From contig CAYZYY010000001.1 in the NCBI GenBank assembly GCA_964482855.1, positions 2,194 to 34,894 on the forward strand: a DNA stretch of 32,701 nt, read 5' to 3'. The notes beneath the pieces are model-generated. The model ran no database searches and was not told the origin of the DNA. It worked only from the letters and a program-made list of their open reading frames with translations. The position numbers and the translations under genes were made by a program. Position 1 is the first letter of the stretch. Every line of letters begins with the position of its first letter. Shown piece after piece: positions 1-7,776 of the stretch. Source of the stretch: an uncultured Candidatus Saccharibacteria bacterium. Its GTDB lineage: Bacteria > Patescibacteriota > Minisyncoccia > UBA6257 > UBA9933.

Positions 1-72
1 TGTTGTAATTGTTGTAGTTGATTTCATTATAACAAACGGAGTGATAAAACAATTAGAACAGTTAGAACTGCT

Positions 73-1383
73 TTACCCGTTTTCTTCTATGGGTAATCCT
101 GCCGGCGGACCGCCCTTTTTGGCTTCCAGCTTGCGCAAATGCGGAGCCTCCACCATCATCGTCGGGAAATGAAAAATTGTAGCCAGTTCTTCCGTATTTA
201 ACACTATAAACTTTTCCGGCCTGGTTTTATTGTAAAAACCAAATCTTCTCGTCCGGTAGTTCCTGAAAAGTCTTCTTTTACGGGAGAATTCCACGAATTT
301 CTTGTATTTTGGGAAAAAAGTAGCCAACCAACCGCCTTTAAAAGTAAACGTTCTTTTGTCGGGCCTGAAAGCGTTAAGGTCCTGAGTTCGAAACTGGTTA
401 AAAGCGCCTATTATCGCTGAAACATTGGACGTGGTAAAGCTGTCCCTCCTGTCAATGTAAACGAAACGGATAATGGTTTCAAATCCGAATTTCGAAATTT
501 TATTGCTGATTGCTTTTACCGTTTCCTGTTCAGCCGGATTAAGAATTTTATAATTTTTCACGCCCTCTTCTTTCTTGTCTTCCCGCCAGACAGGGTGCTC
601 AACCGGCGCCCAAAAAACGTTTTTCGTCCAATCCGCCAAATTGGAGCCAAATCCCGCTTTTGTTTCGGAAACTTTTACTCCGGATATTTCTTCTATTTTT
701 TCCTCTCCTTCTTTTCGCCAATAATTGCCGGTGGGCTCATCCGACGGAGTAATAATTATTTGAACCCAAGCCATTTCACCTTCTTTTAAGCCGGACATTA
801 CTTCTGTAATGGCGGCTATTGGGTCCAGGCGTTTTTCTTCCTGGGATTCTTCAAAAAAAGGATATGTCCGAATGGGATAATAACTTTCTTTGGCAAATGT
901 GAAATCGGTCCCGAAAACGTCATAAGCTTTATTGGGCAAAACCGGAGCCAAAATCTGGGTATAATCCTCGGCTTTGGTAATTTCAATACCCGGATATTGG
1001 GCATAAATTGCCGATTCCAGCAAGTTGCGATATTTGGAAGGTATATAAACGTAAAAATGGACTTCACCGTTATATCCGGCCATTTCCAACGATATCCACG
1101 GTTCCACTTCGCCCTTCAAATATATTTGCGGTTTAGGCAGGCCGAACGAATACGTGGCGATTAAAGCGTGAAATATCGGTTCCATTGCTTTGGGGGTTTT
1201 AAGAATATCATTAGGAACTTTTATCTCAAACATTGACCATTGAATTTTATTGACGTAACGAGTCCTGATAAAAATCATCCAAAGCTTACAGAAAAGATAA
1301 AAAAGAAAAAGTGGCAAAATCAGCCACCAGAAAAATATAAATAACCGAACAACGCTGTCAATTATACCAAGAATAATTTCCAT
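73..1383 (-). CDS. Conserved hypothetical membrane-anchored protein (N-terminal TM hairpin plus ~370-aa soluble domain), function unknown
   Basis: Long uninterrupted ORF (track 73..1401). The track start at 1401 is TTG; the first ATG is at 1383 (MEIILGII...) and is used here. Two hydrophobic stretches lie in the first ~45 aa. No Walker A or other catalytic signature is visible. TAA stop at 73-75. Confidence 0.75.
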   Translation of the reverse strand: MEIILGIIDSVVRLFIFFWWLILPLFLFYLFCKLWMIFIRTRYVNKIQWSMFEIKVPNDILKTPKAMEPIFHALIATYSFGLPKPQIYLKGEVEPWISLEMAGYNGEVHFYVYIPSKYRNLLESAIYAQYPGIEITKAEDYTQILAPVLPNKAYDVFGTDFTFAKESYYPIRTYPFFEESQEEKRLDPIAAITEVMSGLKEGEMAWVQIIITPSDEPTGNYWRKEGEEKIEEISGVKVSETKAGFGSNLADWTKNVFWAPVEHPVWREDKKEEGVKNYKILNPAEQETVKAISNKISKFGFETIIRFVYIDRRDSFTTSNVSAIIGAFNQFRTQDLNAFRPDKRTFTFKGGWLATFFPKYKKFVEFSRKRRLFRNYRTRRFGFYNKTRPEKFIVLNTEELATIFHFPTMMVEAPHLRKLEAKKGGPPAGLPIEENG

Positions 1384-1401
1384 GAAAAATTCAAAATTCA
1401 A

Positions 1402-1530
1402 AAGGCAAAATTCAAAAGTTCAAATCAAAAGCGTAAAGGTTTATTTAAATACTTTTGAATTTTACTTTTACCTCCGGCAAATCACCGGAAGGTTTATTTA
1501 ATTTTGACTTTTGATTTTTGACTTTTGATT
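1402..1530. repeat. AT-rich intergenic repeat block: AAAATTCAAAA motifs, a ~53-nt tandem duplication and long imperfect inverted repeats
   Basis: AAAATTCAAAA(T/G) at 1386-1397, 1393-1404 and 1407-1418, with an inverted copy at 1453-1463. AAGGTTTATTTAA occurs at 1436-1448 and again at 1489-1501. TTGACTTTTGATTT repeats at 1503-1530 are complementary to the left-hand TCAAAAG-type repeats. Confidence 0.65.
1471..1505 (+). terminator. GC hairpin followed by a T-rich tract on the plus strand (antisense to the flanking genes)
   Basis: CCTCCGG (1471-1477), loop CAAATCA, CCGGAAGG (1485-1492), then TTTATTTAATTTT. The T-tract lies on the plus-strand side only; on the minus strand the hairpin is followed by TAAAAGTAAAA. 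Confidence 0.3.
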
Positions 1531-2556
1531 TTACTTTACGGCATATCTTCCGTCCGCCAGTTTTTTAAAATACTTTTTATTCTGGAGATTAAGAATAATT
1601 GTGTTTTTTTTCAAAAACCGCTGTTTTTTTATTGAATCAACTATTTCTTCCGGAAAAAGAGGTCCTTCTTCTTTTAAGATTTGCCTGATAAGCTCCCTGG
1701 TAATTCCCGGCTTAAAACCGAACTCCGAAAGACCGTACATTCCCCTGCCAACCAGAATGAATCTCGGGTCTTTAATCAATTCATTGTGGACCGTCTGGGG
1801 ATGAGCCGGCCGCCCGTCAAAACCGGTTTTATTAATTGTTTCCGCAATTTCCCGAAAATGAAGAGGTTTTTTTTGTTTTTTAAGAATCAAATAGGACTTT
1901 CCCCTGACTGTTTTGGGATTAATTTCTTCCCATTCATTTAATCCCCAATCGCCAAAAGGATTAAGATTGAATTTTTTGGAAACAGAAACGTAATTCAAGC
2001 CGATAAAATCGGGGATTTTATGCATCTTTGCGGTTTTAATGAAATAATCGTGGAATTTCTGGTTTGCCACCAAATCCTCTTTTTTGTCGGCAATCATTTT
2101 TTCCAGTTTTGAAATGAACTGATTGACTGTTCCGATATTTTTTTCATCCAGATACCAAAAATTATGAAGTTCGGAGTCTCCGGGATAATACAGGGGCCGG
2201 CCGGAAATTTCGGAAAAAAACCTTAAATGCCAATGATGAAGATTATTATCTTTGAAAATTACCTTTATTTCCGGAATAAGCAAGTTATCCCTCCGCAAGC
2301 CGCCAAAACTGTTCAAATGGAGGTCAATTAACCCTAAAACCTCTTTTGACGTTTTTTCCCGACCTAAGCGCTCCTGGGCCATTTCCAGACTTTCTTCTTC
2401 AATCTGCCTCACTCTTTCCCGGGTAATATTGTATTTATTCCCCAGGCTTGCCAAGGTTTTCTTTTTGCCGTCATCCAAGCCAAAACGGCCAACCAAAACT
2501 TCGCGCTGACGCGGTTTTAAATCAGAGATTAAATTATTGATTGCCGTACTTAACAT
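1531..2556 (-). CDS. Sigma-70 region-4-like HTH protein with a C-terminal HARE-HTH-like domain; not a complete sigma factor
   Basis: The N-terminus LKPRQREVLVGRFGL...TLASLGNKYNITRERVRQIEEESL matches the sigma-70 region 4.2 pattern. Residues ~228-290 (KKPLHFREIAETINKTGF...PQTVHNELIKDPRFILVGRGMYGL) resemble the HARE-HTH / RpoE-delta N-terminal domain. No region 2 (-10 recognition) is recognisable. ATG 2556, TAA 1531. Confidence 0.8.
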   Translation of the reverse strand: MLSTAINNLISDLKPRQREVLVGRFGLDDGKKKTLASLGNKYNITRERVRQIEEESLEMAQERLGREKTSKEVLGLIDLHLNSFGGLRRDNLLIPEIKVIFKDNNLHHWHLRFFSEISGRPLYYPGDSELHNFWYLDEKNIGTVNQFISKLEKMIADKKEDLVANQKFHDYFIKTAKMHKIPDFIGLNYVSVSKKFNLNPFGDWGLNEWEEINPKTVRGKSYLILKKQKKPLHFREIAETINKTGFDGRPAHPQTVHNELIKDPRFILVGRGMYGLSEFGFKPGITRELIRQILKEEGPLFPEEIVDSIKKQRFLKKNTIILNLQNKKYFKKLADGRYAVK

Positions 2557-2564
2557 TTTTATAA

Positions 2565-2593
2565 AGAATACAAAGATTAACCAAAATTGTCAA
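2565..2593 (-). promoter_or_regulatory. Sigma-70-type promoter abutting the start codon of the 1531-2556 gene
   Basis: On the minus strand: TTGACA (2593-2588), a 17-nt spacer, TATTCT (2570-2565), then 8 nt to the ATG at 2556. There is no Shine-Dalgarno sequence. Confidence 0.4.
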
Positions 2594-2611
2594 CCTCTTG
2601 AAAAACCCTGG

Positions 2612-3505
2612 TTATTTCGGGGATTTCCCAAAAAGCAAAAGGGGGCTGGCGACGAAAATCGAAGAGTAAGTTCCAAGAGCGGTACCGACCAAAATGGTCA
2701 AGATGAAATATTTTAAAGTAATCGGACCGAAAAAGAACAATGCCAAGAGTACCACGATTAAGGTGAAGGAAGTATTGATTGAGCGGGCGATGGTCTGATT
2801 AATGCTGGAATTGATAACGCCGGCCAGTTCAAGGCCGCCTCTTTGGGACAAAAGATTTTCGCGAATCCTGTCAAAAACCACGATCGTGTCATGGACTGAA
2901 AATCCCATAATTACCAATAAAGCCACGATAAAATTAGTGTCAATTTCAATCCCCGTTTTCCATCCCAAAACCGCAAATAAACCGGCGGGAATGGCAATGT
3001 CATGAAGAAGGGTCACCAATGTTATGATTCCGTATTTCCAGGATTTAATGTGATAAGAAACTTTCCTGAAAGCAAAAGCGATATATAAAGAAATACCCGC
3101 CAAAACCAAAATAACCGCCCAAAAAGCCCTGTTTTTCAATTCTTTTCCTATGGCCGGACCGATAACTTCAAAACGCAATTCTTCAACTTTACCGATTTTT
3201 TCCTCCAAAGAATTAAGATAATTTTGATGTTCTTCTTCGGAAATATGTCCGAACCGAATCAGAAAACTGCCGTTGTCGGCGGGAAAGATAACCGCATTAT
3301 TAATTCCCAACTCATCTTCAAAAAAGCTCGCAAGGCCGTCTGTCGTAAGTTGTTGGCCGTTAGTCGTTAGTTTTATTTGCCACAACGTGCCACCGGCAAA
3401 ATCAATCCCGGGCCTGAAACCGAAGACGAAAACGACAACAATGCCGGTTAAAACCAGTAAGCCGGAAATTGAAAGGAAAATTTTACGATGGTGGATTATA
3501 TTCAT
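2612..3505 (-). CDS. secF: Protein-export membrane protein SecF
   Basis: GIDFAGGT motif after an N-terminal TM segment, a C-terminal multi-TM block, and a position downstream of secD. ATG 3505, TAA 2612. Confidence 0.95.
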   Translation of the reverse strand: MNIIHHRKIFLSISGLLVLTGIVVVFVFGFRPGIDFAGGTLWQIKLTTNGQQLTTDGLASFFEDELGINNAVIFPADNGSFLIRFGHISEEEHQNYLNSLEEKIGKVEELRFEVIGPAIGKELKNRAFWAVILVLAGISLYIAFAFRKVSYHIKSWKYGIITLVTLLHDIAIPAGLFAVLGWKTGIEIDTNFIVALLVIMGFSVHDTIVVFDRIRENLLSQRGGLELAGVINSSINQTIARSINTSFTLIVVLLALFFFGPITLKYFILTILVGTALGTYSSIFVASPLLLFGKSPK

Positions 3506-3644
3506 GGTAGAAAATTCAAAATGTAAATATCAAAGTGAAAAATGACAGTGTAAAATTCAAAATTGGCAAATGTTAAAATCGGATTTTTAAATTTAATCAT
3601 TTTATAACTTTAATTTGTCATTTTGATTTTTGATTTTTTAACTT
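3506..3644. repeat. AT-rich structured spacer between secD and secF (same motif family as 1402-1530)
   Basis: AAAATTCAAAAT occurs as a direct repeat at 3511-3522 and 3552-3563. AAAATGACA (3539-3547) is inverted against TGTCATTTT (3616-3624). TTTTGATTTTTGATTTT runs span 3621-3637. Confidence 0.55.
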
Positions 3645-4874
3645 TTAATTTTTAACGAATACTCTTAACATCGTTCTCGTTACCGTGATTGCCGAAAACA
3701 TTGAAATTAAAACTCCTACCAAAAGCGCCAGGGCAAAACCCTTAATAAAGCTGCTGGTAAAATAATAAAGGATAATTGAGGTTATGAGCGTGGAAATGTT
3801 GGAATCCCGGATCGACGGCCAGGCCCGCTTAAATCCTTCTTCAATGGCCGAAACTTTGCTTAACCCCTTTTTTATTTCTTCTTTTGTTCTTTCAAAAATC
3901 AGGATGTTGGCGTCCACGGCCATACCGATGGAAAGAATAAATCCGGCAATTCCGGCAAGCGTCATGGTAATACCAAGTTTAAAAACCGCAGCCGTTAAAA
4001 TAACGTAAATAAGCAAAGCCAAAGAGGCAAAAATGCCGAATTTCCTGTAATAAATAAGCATAAAGATAATAATGGCCAAAGTTCCCAATAAGCCGCTGTA
4101 AATCGCTTTTTGCAACGATTCCTGCCCCAGGCTGGCGCCAATGGTTTGCTGACTGATAAGATTTATCGGCGCGGGCAGGGCGCCGGCATTAAACCTTTGG
4201 ACTATTTCCTTTGCCTCATCAACCGAAAAATCGCCTGTTATTTGAGCCCGACCGCCGGATATTCTTTCCTGAACTATTGGCATTTCAATCAAGCTGTTGT
4301 CCAGAAAAATCGCCAGAGGCCTGCCTACGTTCCTATCAGTAAGGTCTTCAAAAATTTTCGCGCCTTCATCGTTAAACTGAATGTTAATTTGGGGAAGGTT
4401 CGTGGTCCGATCAAACTCAAGTTGGGCGCCCTTAACAAAGCGGCCGGTAAGCTCGGTCGGGATAAACTGAACTTGCCGTTCGTCCCCGGTTTCTAATTTT
4501 TCCACTTCCCGAAAATCCAAAAGAGGAGTTTCTCCTATCATTTTAATGGCCTCGCTCACATCCCTGACGCCTGCCAGTTCAACAATGAGCCGCTGAGAAT
4601 CGCCTTCTTTGGCGGAAACAATCTGAGGTTCGCTGACTCCGTATAAATTAACCCGACGCTCAATCAAATCCCTTAGGCCGGAAACCACAGAATCGCGGTC
4701 CGCGGAATCAATCTTAGAAAGGTCGATTTCGTAAATCAGATGGGTTCCGCCGATTAAATCCAAACCCAGCCGCCAAGGACGAATTTTCGCCCCGAGCCAT
4801 CCGGGGTAAATGAAAATCGCGGCCGATACCGTTAAAATAACTATTGAAACTAATATAAGTTTTGAATTTTTCAT
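3645..4874 (-). CDS. secD: Protein-export membrane protein SecD
   Basis: N-terminal signal anchor, GLDLIGGTHL motif, a periplasmic-type domain and a C-terminal multi-TM block. The ATG at 4874 overlaps the nrdG TGA (ATGA). Confidence 0.95.
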   Translation of the reverse strand: MKNSKLILVSIVILTVSAAIFIYPGWLGAKIRPWRLGLDLIGGTHLIYEIDLSKIDSADRDSVVSGLRDLIERRVNLYGVSEPQIVSAKEGDSQRLIVELAGVRDVSEAIKMIGETPLLDFREVEKLETGDERQVQFIPTELTGRFVKGAQLEFDRTTNLPQINIQFNDEGAKIFEDLTDRNVGRPLAIFLDNSLIEMPIVQERISGGRAQITGDFSVDEAKEIVQRFNAGALPAPINLISQQTIGASLGQESLQKAIYSGLLGTLAIIIFMLIYYRKFGIFASLALLIYVILTAAVFKLGITMTLAGIAGFILSIGMAVDANILIFERTKEEIKKGLSKVSAIEEGFKRAWPSIRDSNISTLITSIILYYFTSSFIKGFALALLVGVLISMFSAITVTRTMLRVFVKN

Positions 4875-5563
4875 CTAAAAATGCAGTTTAAATTGTATGT
4901 TTTTTTAATTTCGTCTTTTATTTCTTCCATTTCTTCGTCTGAATACGAATCTTCGTTTAGAAAATCAGGATTCAGGGTTTTGGAAGCAATGAATTTCTGT
5001 AAAACATAAAGTGATTTCGGTTTAATCAATTCCCCTATTTTAAGAAGATCTTCTTTTTTGAGCTGGGATTTTACGACCGTGGTCCGAAATTCATAATTCA
5101 GGCCGGAATTCGTTACCAAATCAATGCTTTTTTTTATTTTTTCAACGTCAATCTCGGAATTGACAGTGTTTTTGTATTTTCCCAGGGGAGCCTTGACGTC
5201 CATTGCCAAATAATCAACCAGTTTTTCCTCAATGATTTTCTTTAATTCTTTCGGAAAAGTCCCGTTAGTGTCAATCTTTATCAAATAACCCATCTTCTTG
5301 ACTTTCTTTAAAAATCCTCTCAGGTTTTTCTGGAGAAACGGTTCGCCGCCGGTAATGACAACGGCGTCCAATTGGCCGCGGCGCTTTTTCAAAAAAGATA
5401 AAATCTCTTTTTCGGAAATCGGCTTGATGAATAAATCCGGATTTACCAGTTCGGGATTATGGCAATAACCGCATCTGAAATTACATCCCTGGGTAAAAAC
5501 AATTGCCGCGATTTTCCCCGGATAATCCGCTAAAGTAATTTTTTGCAAACCGCCAATTTTCAT
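4871..5563 (-). CDS. nrdG: Anaerobic ribonucleoside-triphosphate reductase activating protein (radical SAM)
   Basis: CNFRCGYCHNP (CxxxCxxC cluster motif) near the N-terminus, a GGEP motif, ~230 aa, and a position immediately downstream of nrdD. Confidence 0.9.
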   Translation of the reverse strand: MKIGGLQKITLADYPGKIAAIVFTQGCNFRCGYCHNPELVNPDLFIKPISEKEILSFLKKRRGQLDAVVITGGEPFLQKNLRGFLKKVKKMGYLIKIDTNGTFPKELKKIIEEKLVDYLAMDVKAPLGKYKNTVNSEIDVEKIKKSIDLVTNSGLNYEFRTTVVKSQLKKEDLLKIGELIKPKSLYVLQKFIASKTLNPDFLNEDSYSDEEMEEIKDEIKKTYNLNCIFR

Positions 5564-5585
5564 TTTTTATTAAAATCTTCATTGG

Positions 5586-7694
5586 TTAAATTTTTCTTTT
5601 GGATATTTTAAACGCCTTTCTCTCGTTAAATTCCTGGGCTTTTCCGACATTAAACTGATTTACGGGCCTGAGATATCCGACGATTCTCGTATAAACTTCA
5701 CAAGGCTGTTCTATGGTGCACTTCGGACATTTAAAATGTTCTCCTTTCAAATAACCATGAGTGGGACAAATTGAAAAAGTGGGAGTTAGAGTAAGATAAG
5801 GCAATCTGAAATTCTTAAAAACTTTCTTAATTAAGGCCTTGGCCGTTTCAATATCGGAAATTCTTTCTCCCAAAAAAATGTGCATTACCACTCCACCGGT
5901 ATATTTGCATTGAATTTCATCCTGAAGACTGAGAGCTTCAAAAACATCGTCCGTATAATTTACCGGCAGCATCGTTGAGTTCGTATAATAAGGGGTTCTT
6001 TTCGTTCCGGCTGAAATGATTTCCGGATACTTTTTCTTGTCTTTCAGGGCCAAACGGTAAGCGGTGCCTTCCGCCGGAGTAGCTTCCAGATTATAAAGAT
6101 TATCCGTTTCTTTCTGATATTGTACCAGTTTCTCCCTCATAAAATCCATAATTTCAAGACTGAATTTTTTGCCTTTATTCGAGCCAATATCTTCTCCTAA
6201 AAAATTAAGCACAGCCTCATTCATCCCAACCAAACCAATCGTAGAAAAATGGTTTCCAAAATAACTTCCCCTGATTTTTTTTACTCCTTCCAGATAAAAC
6301 TTAGAATAAGGAAAGAGACCTTTTTCAATTAAATTTTCCAGGGCTTTTCTTTTGATTTCTAAACTTTCTTTGGCCAAATCCATCACTTTTTCCAGTCTTT
6401 CAAAAAATTCCTTTTTCGTTTTTGAAAGATAGCCTATTCGAGGCATATTTATCGTAACTACCCCCACGCTTCCGGTAAGAGGATTTGAGCCGAACAAACC
6501 GCCGCCTCTTTTCATTAATTCGCTATTGTCCAATCTAAGACGGCAACACATACTTCTGACATCCTCCGGGTTCATATCCGACTGAATAAAGTTGGAAAAA
6601 TAATTTACGCCATATTTTATCGTTGCTTCCCACATCGGCTGAAGAGCCGGCTCATCCCAAGGAAAATCATTGGTAATACTTATCGTCGGAATAGGAAAAG
6701 TGAAAACGCGCTGTTTGGCATCCCCCTCTAGAATCGCCTCAAAAAAGGCGCGGTTAAATGTTTTCATCTCTTCCTCAAATTCTCCATAGTTCTCCTTTTG
6801 GGGCTGTCCGCCAATGACAACCGATTGGTTGGCCAGCGTTGAAGGAGGAGTAATATCAAGAGAAATATTGGTAAAAGGAGTCTGAAATCCCACCCGGGTG
6901 GGTATGGCCATGTTAAATAAAAATTCCTGAATTGCCTGCTTAACCTGACGAAAATCCAAGTTGTCGTAACGGATAAAAGGAGCCAGAAGGGTGTCGAAAT
7001 TCGAAAACGCCTGGGCGCCGGCGCTTTCTCCCTGAAGAGTATAAAAGAAATTAACTATCTGTCCCAAGGCGGTCCGAAAATGCTTAGGCGGAGTTGATTC
7101 CACTTTTCCGGCAACACCTCTGAACCCCCTCATTAAAAGGTCTTGTAAATCCCAACCGCAGCAATACGTAGCTAAACTGTCTAAATCGTGAATATGAAAA
7201 TCACCGCTTTCAACCGCCTCTCTGACTTCAGGAGAATAAACCCCGTTTAACCAATATTTTTTGGTTACCAGCGAGGTAACGTAATGGTTAAGACCCTGAA
7301 GAGAATAAGCCATATTGGCGTTTTCCTTAACCTGCCAGTCCAATTCTTCAATGTACTGGTCAACCATCTCCACGGCTTCATCAATGGCAGTGACCGATTC
7401 TCTGATTCTTCTGTGCTGTTCCCGATATAAAATATAGGCCTTGGCAGTTTCAGTGTAGCCGTCCAATATTAAAACTTCTTCCACGATGTCCTGAAGCTGT
7501 TCAACCGTAGGAATTTCTTCGGGATGGTTTTTAAAACGGAGAAGCGCCAGCTTTATTACCTTGTCGGAAATTTTCTTCGCTTTTTTGCCGTCACCCTGAT
7601 GAGTGGCGGTTAGCGCCTTGGAGATGGCGTTGGTGATTTTCGTCTGGTCAAAAACGGCTATTTGACCGTCGCGTTTGCGAATGGATTTGAACAT
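5586..7694 (-). CDS. nrdD: Anaerobic (class III) ribonucleoside-triphosphate reductase
   Basis: N-terminal ATP-cone-like segment (IRKRDGQIAVFDQTKI...), a C-terminal Cys-rich Zn-ribbon (CPTHG...CPKC) and the glycyl-radical motif RIVGYLRP. 702 aa. Confidence 0.95.
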   Translation of the reverse strand: MFKSIRKRDGQIAVFDQTKITNAISKALTATHQGDGKKAKKISDKVIKLALLRFKNHPEEIPTVEQLQDIVEEVLILDGYTETAKAYILYREQHRRIRESVTAIDEAVEMVDQYIEELDWQVKENANMAYSLQGLNHYVTSLVTKKYWLNGVYSPEVREAVESGDFHIHDLDSLATYCCGWDLQDLLMRGFRGVAGKVESTPPKHFRTALGQIVNFFYTLQGESAGAQAFSNFDTLLAPFIRYDNLDFRQVKQAIQEFLFNMAIPTRVGFQTPFTNISLDITPPSTLANQSVVIGGQPQKENYGEFEEEMKTFNRAFFEAILEGDAKQRVFTFPIPTISITNDFPWDEPALQPMWEATIKYGVNYFSNFIQSDMNPEDVRSMCCRLRLDNSELMKRGGGLFGSNPLTGSVGVVTINMPRIGYLSKTKKEFFERLEKVMDLAKESLEIKRKALENLIEKGLFPYSKFYLEGVKKIRGSYFGNHFSTIGLVGMNEAVLNFLGEDIGSNKGKKFSLEIMDFMREKLVQYQKETDNLYNLEATPAEGTAYRLALKDKKKYPEIISAGTKRTPYYTNSTMLPVNYTDDVFEALSLQDEIQCKYTGGVVMHIFLGERISDIETAKALIKKVFKNFRLPYLTLTPTFSICPTHGYLKGEHFKCPKCTIEQPCEVYTRIVGYLRPVNQFNVGKAQEFNERKAFKISKRKI

Positions 7695-7722
7695 AAAAAA
7701 ACCGATGTTAATATACGAATGA

Positions 7723-7776
7723 ATACTAATTATACTAATTTATCGGTATCATTAGCATGAATTGGTATATTAGTAT
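7723..7776 (-). promoter_or_regulatory. Candidate nrdD promoter/operator region with a repeated ATACTAAT octamer
   Basis: ATACTAAT at 7723-7730 and 7732-7739 (direct), and an inverted copy ATTAGTAT at 7769-7776. A minus-strand TATAAT lies at 7734-7729, 34 nt upstream of the nrdD ATG. Confidence 0.25.

Noticed and set aside
1-27. Possible minus-strand gene start (ATG at 27-25, translating MKSTTTITT...) running off the left edge.
   Set aside because: Only nine codons are visible and there is no promoter or RBS evidence, so a feature cannot be supported.
1384-1401. TTG-initiated N-terminal extensions in the ORF track at 1401, 11466 (rpsU) and 32496 (CgeB-like N-terminal part).
   Set aside because: In each case an ATG lies 5-7 codons downstream and yields a family-typical N-terminus (MEIIL..., MEVKRREG..., MKILIISS...). 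The extensions add no conserved sequence. This remains a judgement call.
1402-3644. The TCAAAA/AAAATTCAAAA repeat blocks as a possible CRISPR array.
   Set aside because: The repeats are 11-13 nt, irregularly spaced, partly inverted and not separated by unique spacers of constant length. No cas genes are present in the window.
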